From the NCBI GenBank assembly GCA_963767035.1, contig CAVYBW010000001.1, forward strand, positions 2,374,547 to 2,438,546: DNA of 64,000 nt. Reading direction: 5' to 3'. Positions 20,492 to 29,468 of this stretch are shown here, piece after piece. This DNA is from an uncultured Chloroflexia bacterium. GTDB taxonomy: Bacteria > Chloroflexota > Chloroflexia > Chloroflexales > Herpetosiphonaceae. Positions within the stretch are counted from its first letter, which is position 1. Every line of letters begins with the position of its first letter. Made by a program: the position numbers and the translations under genes. The notes under the pieces were generated by a model, which saw only the letters and a program-made list of their open reading frames with translations, ran no database searches and was not told the DNA's origin.

Positions 20492-22231
20492 ATGTTCATT
20501 CGAAGGATGATGTTTGTTCTGTTCGTTATTTTTAGCTTGAGCACTGTTTCAGCAAAGCCGCTCGAAACCGCCACGCCTGAGCCACTGGCCGCCGCTAGCC
20601 CAGCCGCAGTCAATGCCTACACTATGCGGGCGGGCTTTCCCGCTACCAAGCCTAATGGTTCATATTTTTCGTCGCCAACCGTCGTAGATTTGTTCAAAGA
20701 TGGTTCGCCCGAAATTCTCTCCGCTGATGCAACTGGCTGTATTTGGGGCCACAATATTTATGGCCAAGTGTTGCCAGGATTCCCTTGGATGACTGGTGGC
20801 GCGTGTGCCAACACCCCTCGGATCAATGGCTCGTTGGTGGTCGCCGATATTAATCAAGATGGCTTGCTCGAAATTGTGGTTGGCACGCGGGGCAAAGGCA
20901 CTGCTGTGGGCCAACGGGGCAAAGTGATTGTCTATCAACGCAATGGGGCTATCTTGAGCGGCTGGCCCAAAGAAATGGACTGGGCCTATATCACCAATGG
21001 CAACTTCCCCGAAGTGGTGCACGTAGCAGTTGCCAATATTATTGGCGACAGCAAGCTTGAAGTGGTTGCAACTACCACCAACGAAGCTGGCAGCAACACC
21101 AATTATGCACCAAATGTTTATGCATGGTATTCCGATGGCACGTTGCTTCAAAATTACCCGAAAAGTGCCGAAAAAGGTTCGGGCATTTGGGGGCACCCAG
21201 CCTTGGCCGACATGGATAACAATGGTTTTTCGGAAATTTTGGTTGGCCGCGATGAAATTTATTTCTATCGCTATAACAGTGATGGCAATCAATATGCTGG
21301 CTGGCCAATTCGCACCTACACCAATATTAACCAAACTACGTGGAATGTTCACGATTATCTTGAGTTTACTCGCTCTGGCCCAGCGGTTGCCGACTTAGAT
21401 GGCGATGGTAGTTACGAGGTGATTGCGGCTGGCAAAGTACGCACCCCCGATGGTTTACCGGATAACAACTATGATCCCCAAATTGCCAGCGCTGTGATCG
21501 TCACCGAGCCAAATGGCACACGACGGGCTGGCTGGACTGATGCCAAACGGGCAGGCGCACCCTTGGATGTCAACTTCACGCCCAATAATCCCATTGTCGT
21601 CGCCGATTTGGATAATGATGGCATCAAAGAATTTATCGTAACCTTCGACGATGGCACAATTCGCGCCTATCGCGAAAATGGCACTCAAATGTGGTCGTTC
21701 TTCTATGCCGAAGAACCAGTTGCAGGTGCACCAACCCGTAAAGTCTTTGGCAGCGAGGTTACAATCGCCGATGTCACTGGCGATCGCAAGATTGATATTG
21801 TGTTTGGCACCTATTCATTCGATCGAGTCTATGCTGGGATTGTAGGCTTGTATGCGCTCGATGCTCGTACTGGTACGCTCCACGGCGGCTTTCCATTAGC
21901 CTTGCCCAACGAAGGAGCCGCCAATGATAATAGCGCTGGCTCGCAAAAAGGCATTCAAGCAGCGCCAACGATCTCCGATATTGATGGCAATTGTTATGTC
22001 GAGATTTTGGCCCATAGTCGAGCTGGTAACATCTATGTCTGGGAAACCCCAGGCCGCAATTTGACTGAATTGATGCCTTGGCCAATGAGCCGCCAAGACT
22101 TACAGCGAACGGCATGGGTCAAGAATCCGCCACCAACCCCGCCACGGCAACAAGTCTTTGCACCCGAGCAAATTCAAGGCGCTGATTTTAACGTCTATCT
22201 TCCGCTCACCCGTATGGGTTGTGATTTCTAA
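20492..22231 (+). CDS. secreted FG-GAP / beta-propeller repeat protein
   Basis: signal peptide MFIRRMMFVLFVIFSLSTVSA; repeated ADxxxDGxxExxVG units (ADINQDGLLEIVVG, ADMDNNGFSEILVG, ADLDGDGSYEVIAAG, ADLDNDGIKEFIVT); RBS GGAGG. Confidence 0.7.
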   Translation: MFIRRMMFVLFVIFSLSTVSAKPLETATPEPLAAASPAAVNAYTMRAGFPATKPNGSYFSSPTVVDLFKDGSPEILSADATGCIWGHNIYGQVLPGFPWMTGGACANTPRINGSLVVADINQDGLLEIVVGTRGKGTAVGQRGKVIVYQRNGAILSGWPKEMDWAYITNGNFPEVVHVAVANIIGDSKLEVVATTTNEAGSNTNYAPNVYAWYSDGTLLQNYPKSAEKGSGIWGHPALADMDNNGFSEILVGRDEIYFYRYNSDGNQYAGWPIRTYTNINQTTWNVHDYLEFTRSGPAVADLDGDGSYEVIAAGKVRTPDGLPDNNYDPQIASAVIVTEPNGTRRAGWTDAKRAGAPLDVNFTPNNPIVVADLDNDGIKEFIVTFDDGTIRAYRENGTQMWSFFYAEEPVAGAPTRKVFGSEVTIADVTGDRKIDIVFGTYSFDRVYAGIVGLYALDARTGTLHGGFPLALPNEGAANDNSAGSQKGIQAAPTISDIDGNCYVEILAHSRAGNIYVWETPGRNLTELMPWPMSRQDLQRTAWVKNPPPTPPRQQVFAPEQIQGADFNVYLPLTRMGCDF

Positions 22232-22276
22232 ATTGGTTGATGCAGGGATGGTTCGAGCCATCCCTGCATTGTTACA

Positions 22277-22984
22277 TTATTGCAATGGGATGCTTGGGTC
22301 GATCTTGTAGCTCTGCACAATCCGCAGCAGATCAGGTTGCAAGGACTCGAATTGCTCAAGTGGCACCAAAATCTGAATCACGCTCAGATAATTGCCATCG
22401 CGCCGCAGATAGCCATCGCCACTCATCGCCAACAGGCTTTGCTCATCAACAAAACTATACGAAACATAGGTATTGCCATCAGCTTGTTTGACTGGTTGAT
22501 CGAGATTAAACTCCGAAGCCTGGCCCACAACTTGGCTAATAAAATCGTTCAAAAACTCTTGCTCATCGGTAATCAAATTTTCGCTATCATCAATCACCAA
22601 CAATTGAATAAACGCTTGTTCGAAGGGTTCGACCCAAAACAGCAAATTATTGCCAGCATCAACGCTATCGCGCATTTGCCAATCGCTGGGTACATCAATT
22701 GAAAACGCTTTGGTTGGGTTCGTGTAGGTCTTAAGTTCTTTAATCTCGATGAAAGCTGTGCTATCGCCTGGTAGATTAGCCAAATCGTCAACGGTGGGGG
22801 TTACTTGAGGGCGCGGGATAAACGTCGCTGGAATGGTGGGCGTGACCGATGGTTGAATCAACGTTGGTTCAGCGGTAGCGGTGGCAGCCTGGGCAACCTG
22901 CTCCGTCGGCGGAATTGTTGTTGCCGTCGCCCCACCACACGCTACTAAACTACAGATCAACAGAAAATAGCCAATAAACCGCAT
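22277..22984 (-). CDS. hypothetical lipoprotein
   Basis: MRFIGYFLLICSLVACGG lipobox; Thr/Pro-rich linker; RBS GAAGGAG. Confidence 0.55.
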   Translation of the reverse strand: MRFIGYFLLICSLVACGGATATTIPPTEQVAQAATATAEPTLIQPSVTPTIPATFIPRPQVTPTVDDLANLPGDSTAFIEIKELKTYTNPTKAFSIDVPSDWQMRDSVDAGNNLLFWVEPFEQAFIQLLVIDDSENLITDEQEFLNDFISQVVGQASEFNLDQPVKQADGNTYVSYSFVDEQSLLAMSGDGYLRRDGNYLSVIQILVPLEQFESLQPDLLRIVQSYKIDPSIPLQ

Positions 22985-23052
22985 AGATGCTCCTTCCGAC
23001 CACATGAGTCGGCTCAATGACGGTCTAAAGTGTACCCGATTTTAGCCTCTAC

Positions 23053-23886
23053 TTATTCACCACGTTGCCAAAGTGCCCATTCGAGCAGTTCCTCGTGATA
23101 ATCAGCTACACAGGCAATCCCAGCCTGAATCCCATCATCAAGGTGCAATAAATCGGCCATACTCATGCGATTCACATCGGGGCTAAATAGTAAATCGGGC
23201 GGCGTTTCACGCAAGCGATGCAAGGTAATTTGATGCACCATAATCCCAATTGCCCGTTCAGCAAAGGCCAATTGGGTCAGCGGAACCCAGCGCCGCCACG
23301 AAAAAAGGCTATTTTGCGCCGCAGCATTAACCTCAAATTGATCAAATTCGCCAATCAAATTGACGGCAATCACCCGTTCAGCGCCAAGTTCACGCGTGAT
23401 ATCAATTGGCAAATTATTGCGAATACCACCATCGGCCAAAATATATTTATCGATCTGGCGTGGTGGAAACACGCCAGGCACAGCGGCACTGGCCAAGGCT
23501 GCTTCAACCAACGAGCCACGTTGCAGCACAACCTCGTGGCCGGTCACCAAATCGACCGCCACCGCTGCATAGGGAATTGGCAAATCTTCAATCAGTTGAT
23601 CGCCCAATAACTCGCCAAGCACGCCAGCCAATTTTTCCGAGCCAATCAAGCCCCAACTGGCTGGGTCAAGGCTAAGTATTCGGCGCAACGGAGTCGATCG
23701 AAAGGCTTGTTCAATCGTCTTGGCATTGTAGCCCGCCGCCACAACCGCGCCAATAATCGCGCCAATACTGGTTCCGGCCACCATATTTGGTTGAATTCCA
23801 ACCCGTTCTAGTTCATGCAGCACGCCGATATGTGCGCTGCCCTTGCCGCCCCCGCCGCCAAGACACAAGCCGATTGTCCGTTGCAT
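23053..23886 (-). CDS. patatin-like phospholipase
   Basis: GGGGGKG oxyanion motif, GTSIG nucleophile motif, DGG catalytic Asp motif. Confidence 0.8.
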   Translation of the reverse strand: MQRTIGLCLGGGGGKGSAHIGVLHELERVGIQPNMVAGTSIGAIIGAVVAAGYNAKTIEQAFRSTPLRRILSLDPASWGLIGSEKLAGVLGELLGDQLIEDLPIPYAAVAVDLVTGHEVVLQRGSLVEAALASAAVPGVFPPRQIDKYILADGGIRNNLPIDITRELGAERVIAVNLIGEFDQFEVNAAAQNSLFSWRRWVPLTQLAFAERAIGIMVHQITLHRLRETPPDLLFSPDVNRMSMADLLHLDDGIQAGIACVADYHEELLEWALWQRGE

Positions 23887-24019
23887 AACCCAACTCCTTG
23901 GTTAAATGACGCGCCGCGTTAGAGTATGCCATGATGGATATAGCATTCTCTCATCCAGCCCGCTCTCCGCACAAGGGTCGGGTTTAACAATGGCATGGTT
24001 TGGATGGGCAATGGTTAAG

Positions 24020-24140
24020 ATTCCCTCACCCCCCAGCCCCCTCTCCCACTGACCGCGGGCGAGGGGGAGCCGTCTTGGATTGCCCATGCATCCACCCCAA
24101 AACCACGCCGTTAAAGCCCCTCGCCCGCGCCATGGGAGAG
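24020..24140. repeat. MITE-like nested palindromic repeat, copy A (ccctcacccc...gggcgagggggag...aaagcccctcgcccgc)
   Basis: shares core sequence with 26864-27180 and 59078-59222; flank ttaacaatggcatggtttggatgggca resembles 26995-27020. Confidence 0.7.
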
Positions 24141-24284
24141 GTGATCATGAACAACAAGGTTAGAAGCTCGCCAATAAACCATTCCAAATAGTGCCGAGCC
24201 AAACATCTATTGCCAACCAAAAACCCACACCTGAAATTACTCAGATGCGGGCTTTGAACGAGATCGATAAGCTTTGATAGGCTT

Positions 24285-25703
24285 CTAGGCAGTTACATTT
24301 TTGCCAATCGCCGCCAGCATATCTTCAATTCGGGTAAATTTAACCCGTGGGCGACCAGTTGCCGCACCGTTGGCAACCTCAATCTCATCGAGTCGTTGCC
24401 AATCGGCAAAGCTCACGAAGTTGGGTTGGCGTTCTTGCACCAATTTCTCAATGCTATCACGCTCGGCATGGCTTGGATTGAGCACCTGCCCAGCAGCTAC
24501 ATCTTCGAGCATACACTGCACAGTTTCAACTGCATCAGGTTTATTGGTGCCAATCACGCCACTTGGCCCACGTTTGATCCAGCCAGCGGTATACTCGCCG
24601 GTTTTGGGCTGTTGGCTGGTTGGGTCGATCAGCCGGCCTTTTTCATTGAGGAAGGTTCCCCAGCGCTCGTTGAATGGTACATCGACCAATGGCGCGCCGC
24701 GATAACCCACCGACCGAAACACCAAGCCGACTGGTAAATCTTCGGTTTCGCCCGTAGCCCGTGAGGCAATACTGCCTGAATCGCTGGCGTAAAGCTCGTT
24801 TTTGGCCAAACGCAAGCCGACCACGCGCCCATCGCTATCGCCGAGAACTTCAGTTGGGCCAACTAAGAAGCGGAAAATCAGCCGACGTTTTTTGCCTGTG
24901 GGCTGACGTTCGGCATAGCCTTGCAGCAATTCGACCTTCTTTTGGGTCGCTTTATCGCCACTTGCTTCTAAGGCCAGACGGCTCACATCATCGAGCGCAA
25001 CTTCGCTTGGCAGCGCCAGTACGTCGGCTTCTTCAAGCTCGCCCAATTCCTTAACTTCGGGAGTGGTAAAAGCAGCTTGAGCTGGCCCACGTCGCCCCAG
25101 CAAATAGACTTCTTTGATTTTGCTTTTACTCAAGGCTTCAAGCGCGTGATCGGCAATATCGGTGCGGGCCAATTCTTCGTGCGACAAACACAAAATCCGC
25201 GCCACATCGATCGCCACATTGCCAACCCCAACCACTGCCACCCGTTCTTGCGAGAGGTCGAATTGCAAATGGCGATAATCGGGATGGCCGTTGTACCACG
25301 CCACAAAGGCCGTCGCCGGAAAACTATTGGTCAGATCCTCGCCAGGAATCCCCATATGGCGATCGCTTTGCGCGCCAGTGGCATAGACAATTTGATGATA
25401 GTGCTCGACTAAATCAGCGTGGCTCACATCTTTGCCATATTCAACATAGCCAAAAAAGCGAAAACGCGGATTTTTAGCAACCAAATTAAAGGCTTTGGTA
25501 ACCGTTTTGATCTTTTGGTGATCGGGGGCTACGCCGCCACGCACCAAGCCAAACGGCGTTGGCAAGCGGTCGAACATATCAACTTCGATAACCAAGTCGC
25601 TTTGTTTAAGCAGGTGATCCGCCGCATAAAATGCCGATGGCCCAGAACCAATGATCGCAACCCGAAGTGGCTGCGCTTCAGTTCCCACAGTTGTCATGAT
25701 CAC
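24285..25703 (-). CDS. fprA: FprA-type NADPH:ferredoxin/adrenodoxin oxidoreductase
   Basis: 472 aa; IIGSGPSAFYAA FAD motif, GLVRGGVAPDH signature, second Rossmann VVGVGNVAIDVARIL. Confidence 0.8.
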   Translation of the reverse strand: MIMTTVGTEAQPLRVAIIGSGPSAFYAADHLLKQSDLVIEVDMFDRLPTPFGLVRGGVAPDHQKIKTVTKAFNLVAKNPRFRFFGYVEYGKDVSHADLVEHYHQIVYATGAQSDRHMGIPGEDLTNSFPATAFVAWYNGHPDYRHLQFDLSQERVAVVGVGNVAIDVARILCLSHEELARTDIADHALEALSKSKIKEVYLLGRRGPAQAAFTTPEVKELGELEEADVLALPSEVALDDVSRLALEASGDKATQKKVELLQGYAERQPTGKKRRLIFRFLVGPTEVLGDSDGRVVGLRLAKNELYASDSGSIASRATGETEDLPVGLVFRSVGYRGAPLVDVPFNERWGTFLNEKGRLIDPTSQQPKTGEYTAGWIKRGPSGVIGTNKPDAVETVQCMLEDVAAGQVLNPSHAERDSIEKLVQERQPNFVSFADWQRLDEIEVANGAATGRPRVKFTRIEDMLAAIGKNVTA

Positions 25704-25718
25704 AATCCTTTTGAGCGT

Positions 25719-26147
25719 CTAGCCCTCTTCGATAATCTGTGTTTCGAGGGTATCAAGCTTGCCTTCATATTCCCCAAGTTGCGCCTTGACAACATCGCCA
25801 ATCGACACAATGCCAAGTAAAATGTCGCCATCGAGAATTGGCAAATGGCGGAAGCGGCGGCTGGTCATGGTCTGGAGCACAGCTTTAAGATCATCACTGG
25901 GGCGACCGGTTATCACATTGGCCGTCATCACATGCTGCACTTCGCGCTCAAAAATTGCTGGGTCTTGGGCGGCTGCCCGAATAATATCCCGCTCGGAGAT
26001 AATTCCTGCAATCCGATCATCTTCAATCACGACTAAAGCACCAATGTTGTGTTCGGATAAAATCGCAACGGCTTGGCTCAGCAGTGTTTGGGGATTAATC
26101 GTATGAATAATTGGACTTTTGGTTGCAAGCACATGCTTGATCTTCAT
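25719..26147 (-). CDS. CBS domain pair protein
   Basis: 142 aa; two CBS motifs. Confidence 0.75.
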   Translation of the reverse strand: MKIKHVLATKSPIIHTINPQTLLSQAVAILSEHNIGALVVIEDDRIAGIISERDIIRAAAQDPAIFEREVQHVMTANVITGRPSDDLKAVLQTMTSRRFRHLPILDGDILLGIVSIGDVVKAQLGEYEGKLDTLETQIIEEG

Positions 26148-26313
26148 AGCGTACCTCCAATCTAGCAGCGAATGGGGACGATGTAGGGCAACGATGCCAT
26201 GCTGATAGTATCATACTTATGTCGCTTACGATATGCAAGATCAATGCCCAACGTGCTTAATCAATAATTAATTTTGGTCACAATCGCTGCCTTGAAATTA
26301 CTTACGAGGTTTT

Positions 26314-26847
26314 ATGCTTGATCCCCAAGTTTTCGCGACCAAACGCTTGGTTGCCAGCGCCATTAGCCTTGAACACGCCGATCTGATCGCGACAATGCAC
26401 CAAAATCCGACCATGATGGCAACCCTTGGGGGCCTGCAAGATCGCCAACGCACGCTGCAAGGTTTGAACACGCAAATAGCTGATTGGCAGCAGGCTGGCT
26501 ATGGCTTATGTGTCTTTCACGATCGAGCGAGCGGGGCGTTTGTTGGGCGCGGTGGCTTGCGTTTATTACAGCTTGACGAGCAGCCAGAGACCGAAATTGG
26601 CTATGCTTTGCTGCCAGAATGGTGGGGCCAAGGCTTGGCGACTGAAATTGCCAGCCAAGCCCGGGAGGTTGGGTTCAGTCAATTGGGGTTAGATTCGCTG
26701 GTTTTATTTACCATGACTACCAATTATGCCTCACAGCGGGTAGCACAAAAATTAGGCATGCGCTACGAACGCAATTTTGAGCGGGCCAATCTGCCGCATG
26801 TGCTTTTTCGCCAAACCAAACACGCATGGGCTGCGAATGGGGTATGA
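26314..26847 (+). CDS. GNAT family N-acetyltransferase (RimJ/RimL-like)
   Basis: 177 aa; LPEWWGQGLATE acetyl-CoA-binding motif region. Confidence 0.75.
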   Translation: MLDPQVFATKRLVASAISLEHADLIATMHQNPTMMATLGGLQDRQRTLQGLNTQIADWQQAGYGLCVFHDRASGAFVGRGGLRLLQLDEQPETEIGYALLPEWWGQGLATEIASQAREVGFSQLGLDSLVLFTMTTNYASQRVAQKLGMRYERNFERANLPHVLFRQTKHAWAANGV

Positions 26848-26863
26848 CATGCGTGGTTATGTT

Positions 26864-27180
26864 CCCTCACCCCAACCCCCGCTCTCACTTAATGCGGGCG
26901 AGGGGGAGTCGCCGTGGATTGACCATGCATCCTGTGAAAACCACGATATTAAAGCCCCTTGCCTCGCTCGGCGGAAGCGGGGGATAGCTTACAAGGGTAG
27001 GTTTTTAACCATGGCATGGGTGGATGGGCATGCATCCATGATCCCCTCACCCCCCAACCCCCTCTCCCACTGAACGCGGGCGAGGGGGAGCCGCCGTGGA
27101 TTGACCATGCATCCTGTGAAAACCACGATATTAAAGCCCCTCGCCCGCGCTACGGGCGAGGGGTTGGGGTGAGGGCATCG
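26864..27180. repeat. MITE-like nested palindromic repeat, tandem double copy B with an inverted terminal copy
   Basis: two units with about 180-bp period, then gcgctacgggcgaggggttggggtgaggg, the reverse complement of the unit 5' end. Confidence 0.75.
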
Positions 27181-27224
27181 CCCATCATGCTAAATCAACG
27201 CTTGAGCAACGTTTGGGTCAGCAA

Positions 27225-27590
27225 CTAGGCTTCGTCGCGGGAAACCCACCATGCCAACCAAATCAGTAATGGTTGGAACGGCAAGCGTAGCCACAACAAG
27301 ATTGGGCGTTGTTTGCCAAACAGCGGTGCATTTTGCTTGAGCATCTGAATATTGGCTGGAAAAACCGCCAAATACAAGGCAATCAAGCCCAAACCAGCCT
27401 TACTCCGCACTTTAGGCAACAACAAGCCTAAGCCGCCTAAAATCTCAAACAAGCCACTGAGATAAACTAAGCTGCGCGGGCGAGGCAACGAAGCTGGTAC
27501 AATCTTGATAAATGGCTTGGGATTGGTAAAGTGTAGAACACCAACCATCATCATAAAACTTGCAAGCAACCCACGAACGAGACGTTTCAT
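27225..27590 (-). CDS. DoxX family membrane protein
   Basis: 121 aa; DoxX-like TM pattern with LFEILGGLGLLLP. Confidence 0.7.
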   Translation of the reverse strand: MKRLVRGLLASFMMMVGVLHFTNPKPFIKIVPASLPRPRSLVYLSGLFEILGGLGLLLPKVRSKAGLGLIALYLAVFPANIQMLKQNAPLFGKQRPILLWLRLPFQPLLIWLAWWVSRDEA

Positions 27591-27594
27591 TGCA

Positions 27595-28581
27595 TTACCC
27601 CATTGGATGGCGAATCGCCGACGAATATTGGCCAGTTAGATAATGCTCTAATTGGCGTTCAATATCGCCCAACAAAGCGCTCGCACCATAGCGAAAGAGA
27701 TGTGGATGCAGCCATTGATCGCCGAGTTCTTCCTTGATCAAGGCCAGCCAATCCAATGATTGCTTAGCAGTTCGGATGCCACCAGCGGGCTTGAAGCCAA
27801 CTTTATAGCCAGTTTGCTCATAGTAATCGCGGATGGCGCGAACCATCACCAACGAAACTGGCAAGGTAGCATTAACCGGCTCTTTGCCAGTCGAGGTTTT
27901 GATAAAATCAGCGCCAGCCAACATACAAACCACACTAGCTTGGGCAATATTGCGCAAGGTTCCTAGCTCACCAGTAGCCAAAATTGTTTTCATATGGGCT
28001 TCGCCGCAGGCTTCACGAAACGCCCGCACTTCATCGTACAAGCCTTGCCAATCGCCGTTGAGCACCATATGGCGTGAAATCACAATATCGATTTCGCGTG
28101 CTCCAGCGGCAACCGATGCTTCGATCTCACGCAGGCGTAATTCCAGCGGGGCTAAGCCGGCGGGAAAGGCAGTCGAGACTGCGGCAACTGGAATAGCCGT
28201 ACCTTTGAGCGCTTGCACTGCGGTTGCAACAAAGGTATGGTAGACACAGACTGCGCCAACCGTCAGGTTGAGGCTACGAATCCCAAGTGCCTCAACCAAA
28301 TCGCCACGAATTGGTTGGCGGGCTTTTAAACATAAACGCTGGACAGTGCCAACGGTATCATCACCAGAAAGGGTGGTTAAATCCATGCAGCTAATTGCTT
28401 TTAGAAGCCAAGCTGCCTGCCAATCCTTTTTAACCGTGCGCCGATTTGGCAGGGTGCTCACGCGGCGCTCAACTGCCGAGCGATTCACGCGAATACTATT
28501 GACCCAGCCAAGGTCGAGCGGGCTAATGGGGTTACGTTGTTCGTGCGTCATTGCCGTGACACGCTCCACTTCGGTTTGCAT
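27595..28581 (-). CDS. deoC: deoxyribose-phosphate aldolase (DeoC, long form)
   Basis: 328 aa; MDLTTLSGDDT and catalytic-lysine FIKTSTGKEP motifs. Confidence 0.7.
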   Translation of the reverse strand: MQTEVERVTAMTHEQRNPISPLDLGWVNSIRVNRSAVERRVSTLPNRRTVKKDWQAAWLLKAISCMDLTTLSGDDTVGTVQRLCLKARQPIRGDLVEALGIRSLNLTVGAVCVYHTFVATAVQALKGTAIPVAAVSTAFPAGLAPLELRLREIEASVAAGAREIDIVISRHMVLNGDWQGLYDEVRAFREACGEAHMKTILATGELGTLRNIAQASVVCMLAGADFIKTSTGKEPVNATLPVSLVMVRAIRDYYEQTGYKVGFKPAGGIRTAKQSLDWLALIKEELGDQWLHPHLFRYGASALLGDIERQLEHYLTGQYSSAIRHPMG

Positions 28582-28722
28582 AGTTCATCCTTGGGGTCGA
28601 GCCACAACCGCCCAACCCATACTGGTTGTTATCAAAGCGTCATCCACAACGCGGATCATTTCGCTGATAATACCACAAGCGCTTGTGTGTAGTGCAATCG
28701 ATCACGAAAGGAGTTGATTGAG

Positions 28723-29439
28723 ATGACAACAATTCGCCACTCGGTTGAAGCAACGGTTAGTCGCATGGTGTTGCGCACGCTGCGCGAACGGGCGCAAGTC
28801 GCTGGTTTGCCGCATGCGCGCAGCGATGCACCACGCGCTTTGGCCGCCTTGCTTGATCAAACGATCTCCGAAGAATTGGCGCTTGATGCAGTACAACGCC
28901 AAGCGCGCCAAGCAATTGATGCTGGAATTGGCTGCTTGGTCGTGCCGCTTGCGCAAGCCGAAACCTGGGTTGATGCCACTGCTGGCAGTGGGCTGCGCAT
29001 CGGCGTGAATGTCGATACCCGCGACCAAGCCGAGCATGCGCTGCGGCTGGGAGTCACCGAAATTGAAGTGCTTGTGCCACAGTCGATTATTGTTAGCCCT
29101 GAGCAATTTGCTGCTTGGCTAACGGCAAATGTGCCATGCTCGTATGATCCCAAGCCGTTGATTAAACTCAATGTGACTGCTTGCGATCAGCCCCAAATTT
29201 TGCTGCGAGCGTGTGCTCAAGCCACCAGCCACGATTTGGATCTAGTGACCGTGCCAGCCGCAATTGTGGCCGATGTGCGGCGCACAATCAATGCAGCCAT
29301 GGGCATCAAAGTTGAGCTAGTTAATGATCTTGCGCAGGCGCGAGGACTCTTGAGCAATGGTTGTACGCGCTTGGGGACGAAGGTTGGCTGGGAATTATTG
29401 ACGGCAGCTCAAATTAAACCAGATGAGCCGTCATTGTGA
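28723..29439 (+). CDS. divergent DeoC-like TIM-barrel protein, possible pseudo-enzyme
   Basis: C-terminal NGCTRLGTKVGWELL resembles DeoC GATRIGTSSG; AGIGCLVVPL resembles DeoC AGAGCVCVNP; the Schiff-base lysine context VKTSTG is absent; divergently transcribed from deoC; RBS AAGGAG. Confidence 0.45.
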   Translation: MTTIRHSVEATVSRMVLRTLRERAQVAGLPHARSDAPRALAALLDQTISEELALDAVQRQARQAIDAGIGCLVVPLAQAETWVDATAGSGLRIGVNVDTRDQAEHALRLGVTEIEVLVPQSIIVSPEQFAAWLTANVPCSYDPKPLIKLNVTACDQPQILLRACAQATSHDLDLVTVPAAIVADVRRTINAAMGIKVELVNDLAQARGLLSNGCTRLGTKVGWELLTAAQIKPDEPSL

Positions 29440-29448
29440 CGGCTCATC
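29422..29448. terminator. perfect 12-bp-stem hairpin between convergent genes, with the + gene stop codon in the loop
   Basis: gatgagccgtca-ttg-tgacggctcatc; A-run on the + side, T-run precedes it on the - side. Confidence 0.4.
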
Positions 29449-29468
29449 TAGCACAAAAACGCCTTACC

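Noticed and set aside
26777-27228. ORFs of 98 and 70 aa encoding Pro/Gly/Glu-rich peptides (..PQPPLSLNAGEGESPWIDHASCENHDIKAP..)
   Set aside because: They lie entirely within the palindromic MITE-like repeats. Equivalent copies elsewhere are in different frames or orientations, so they are repeat-derived rather than genes.
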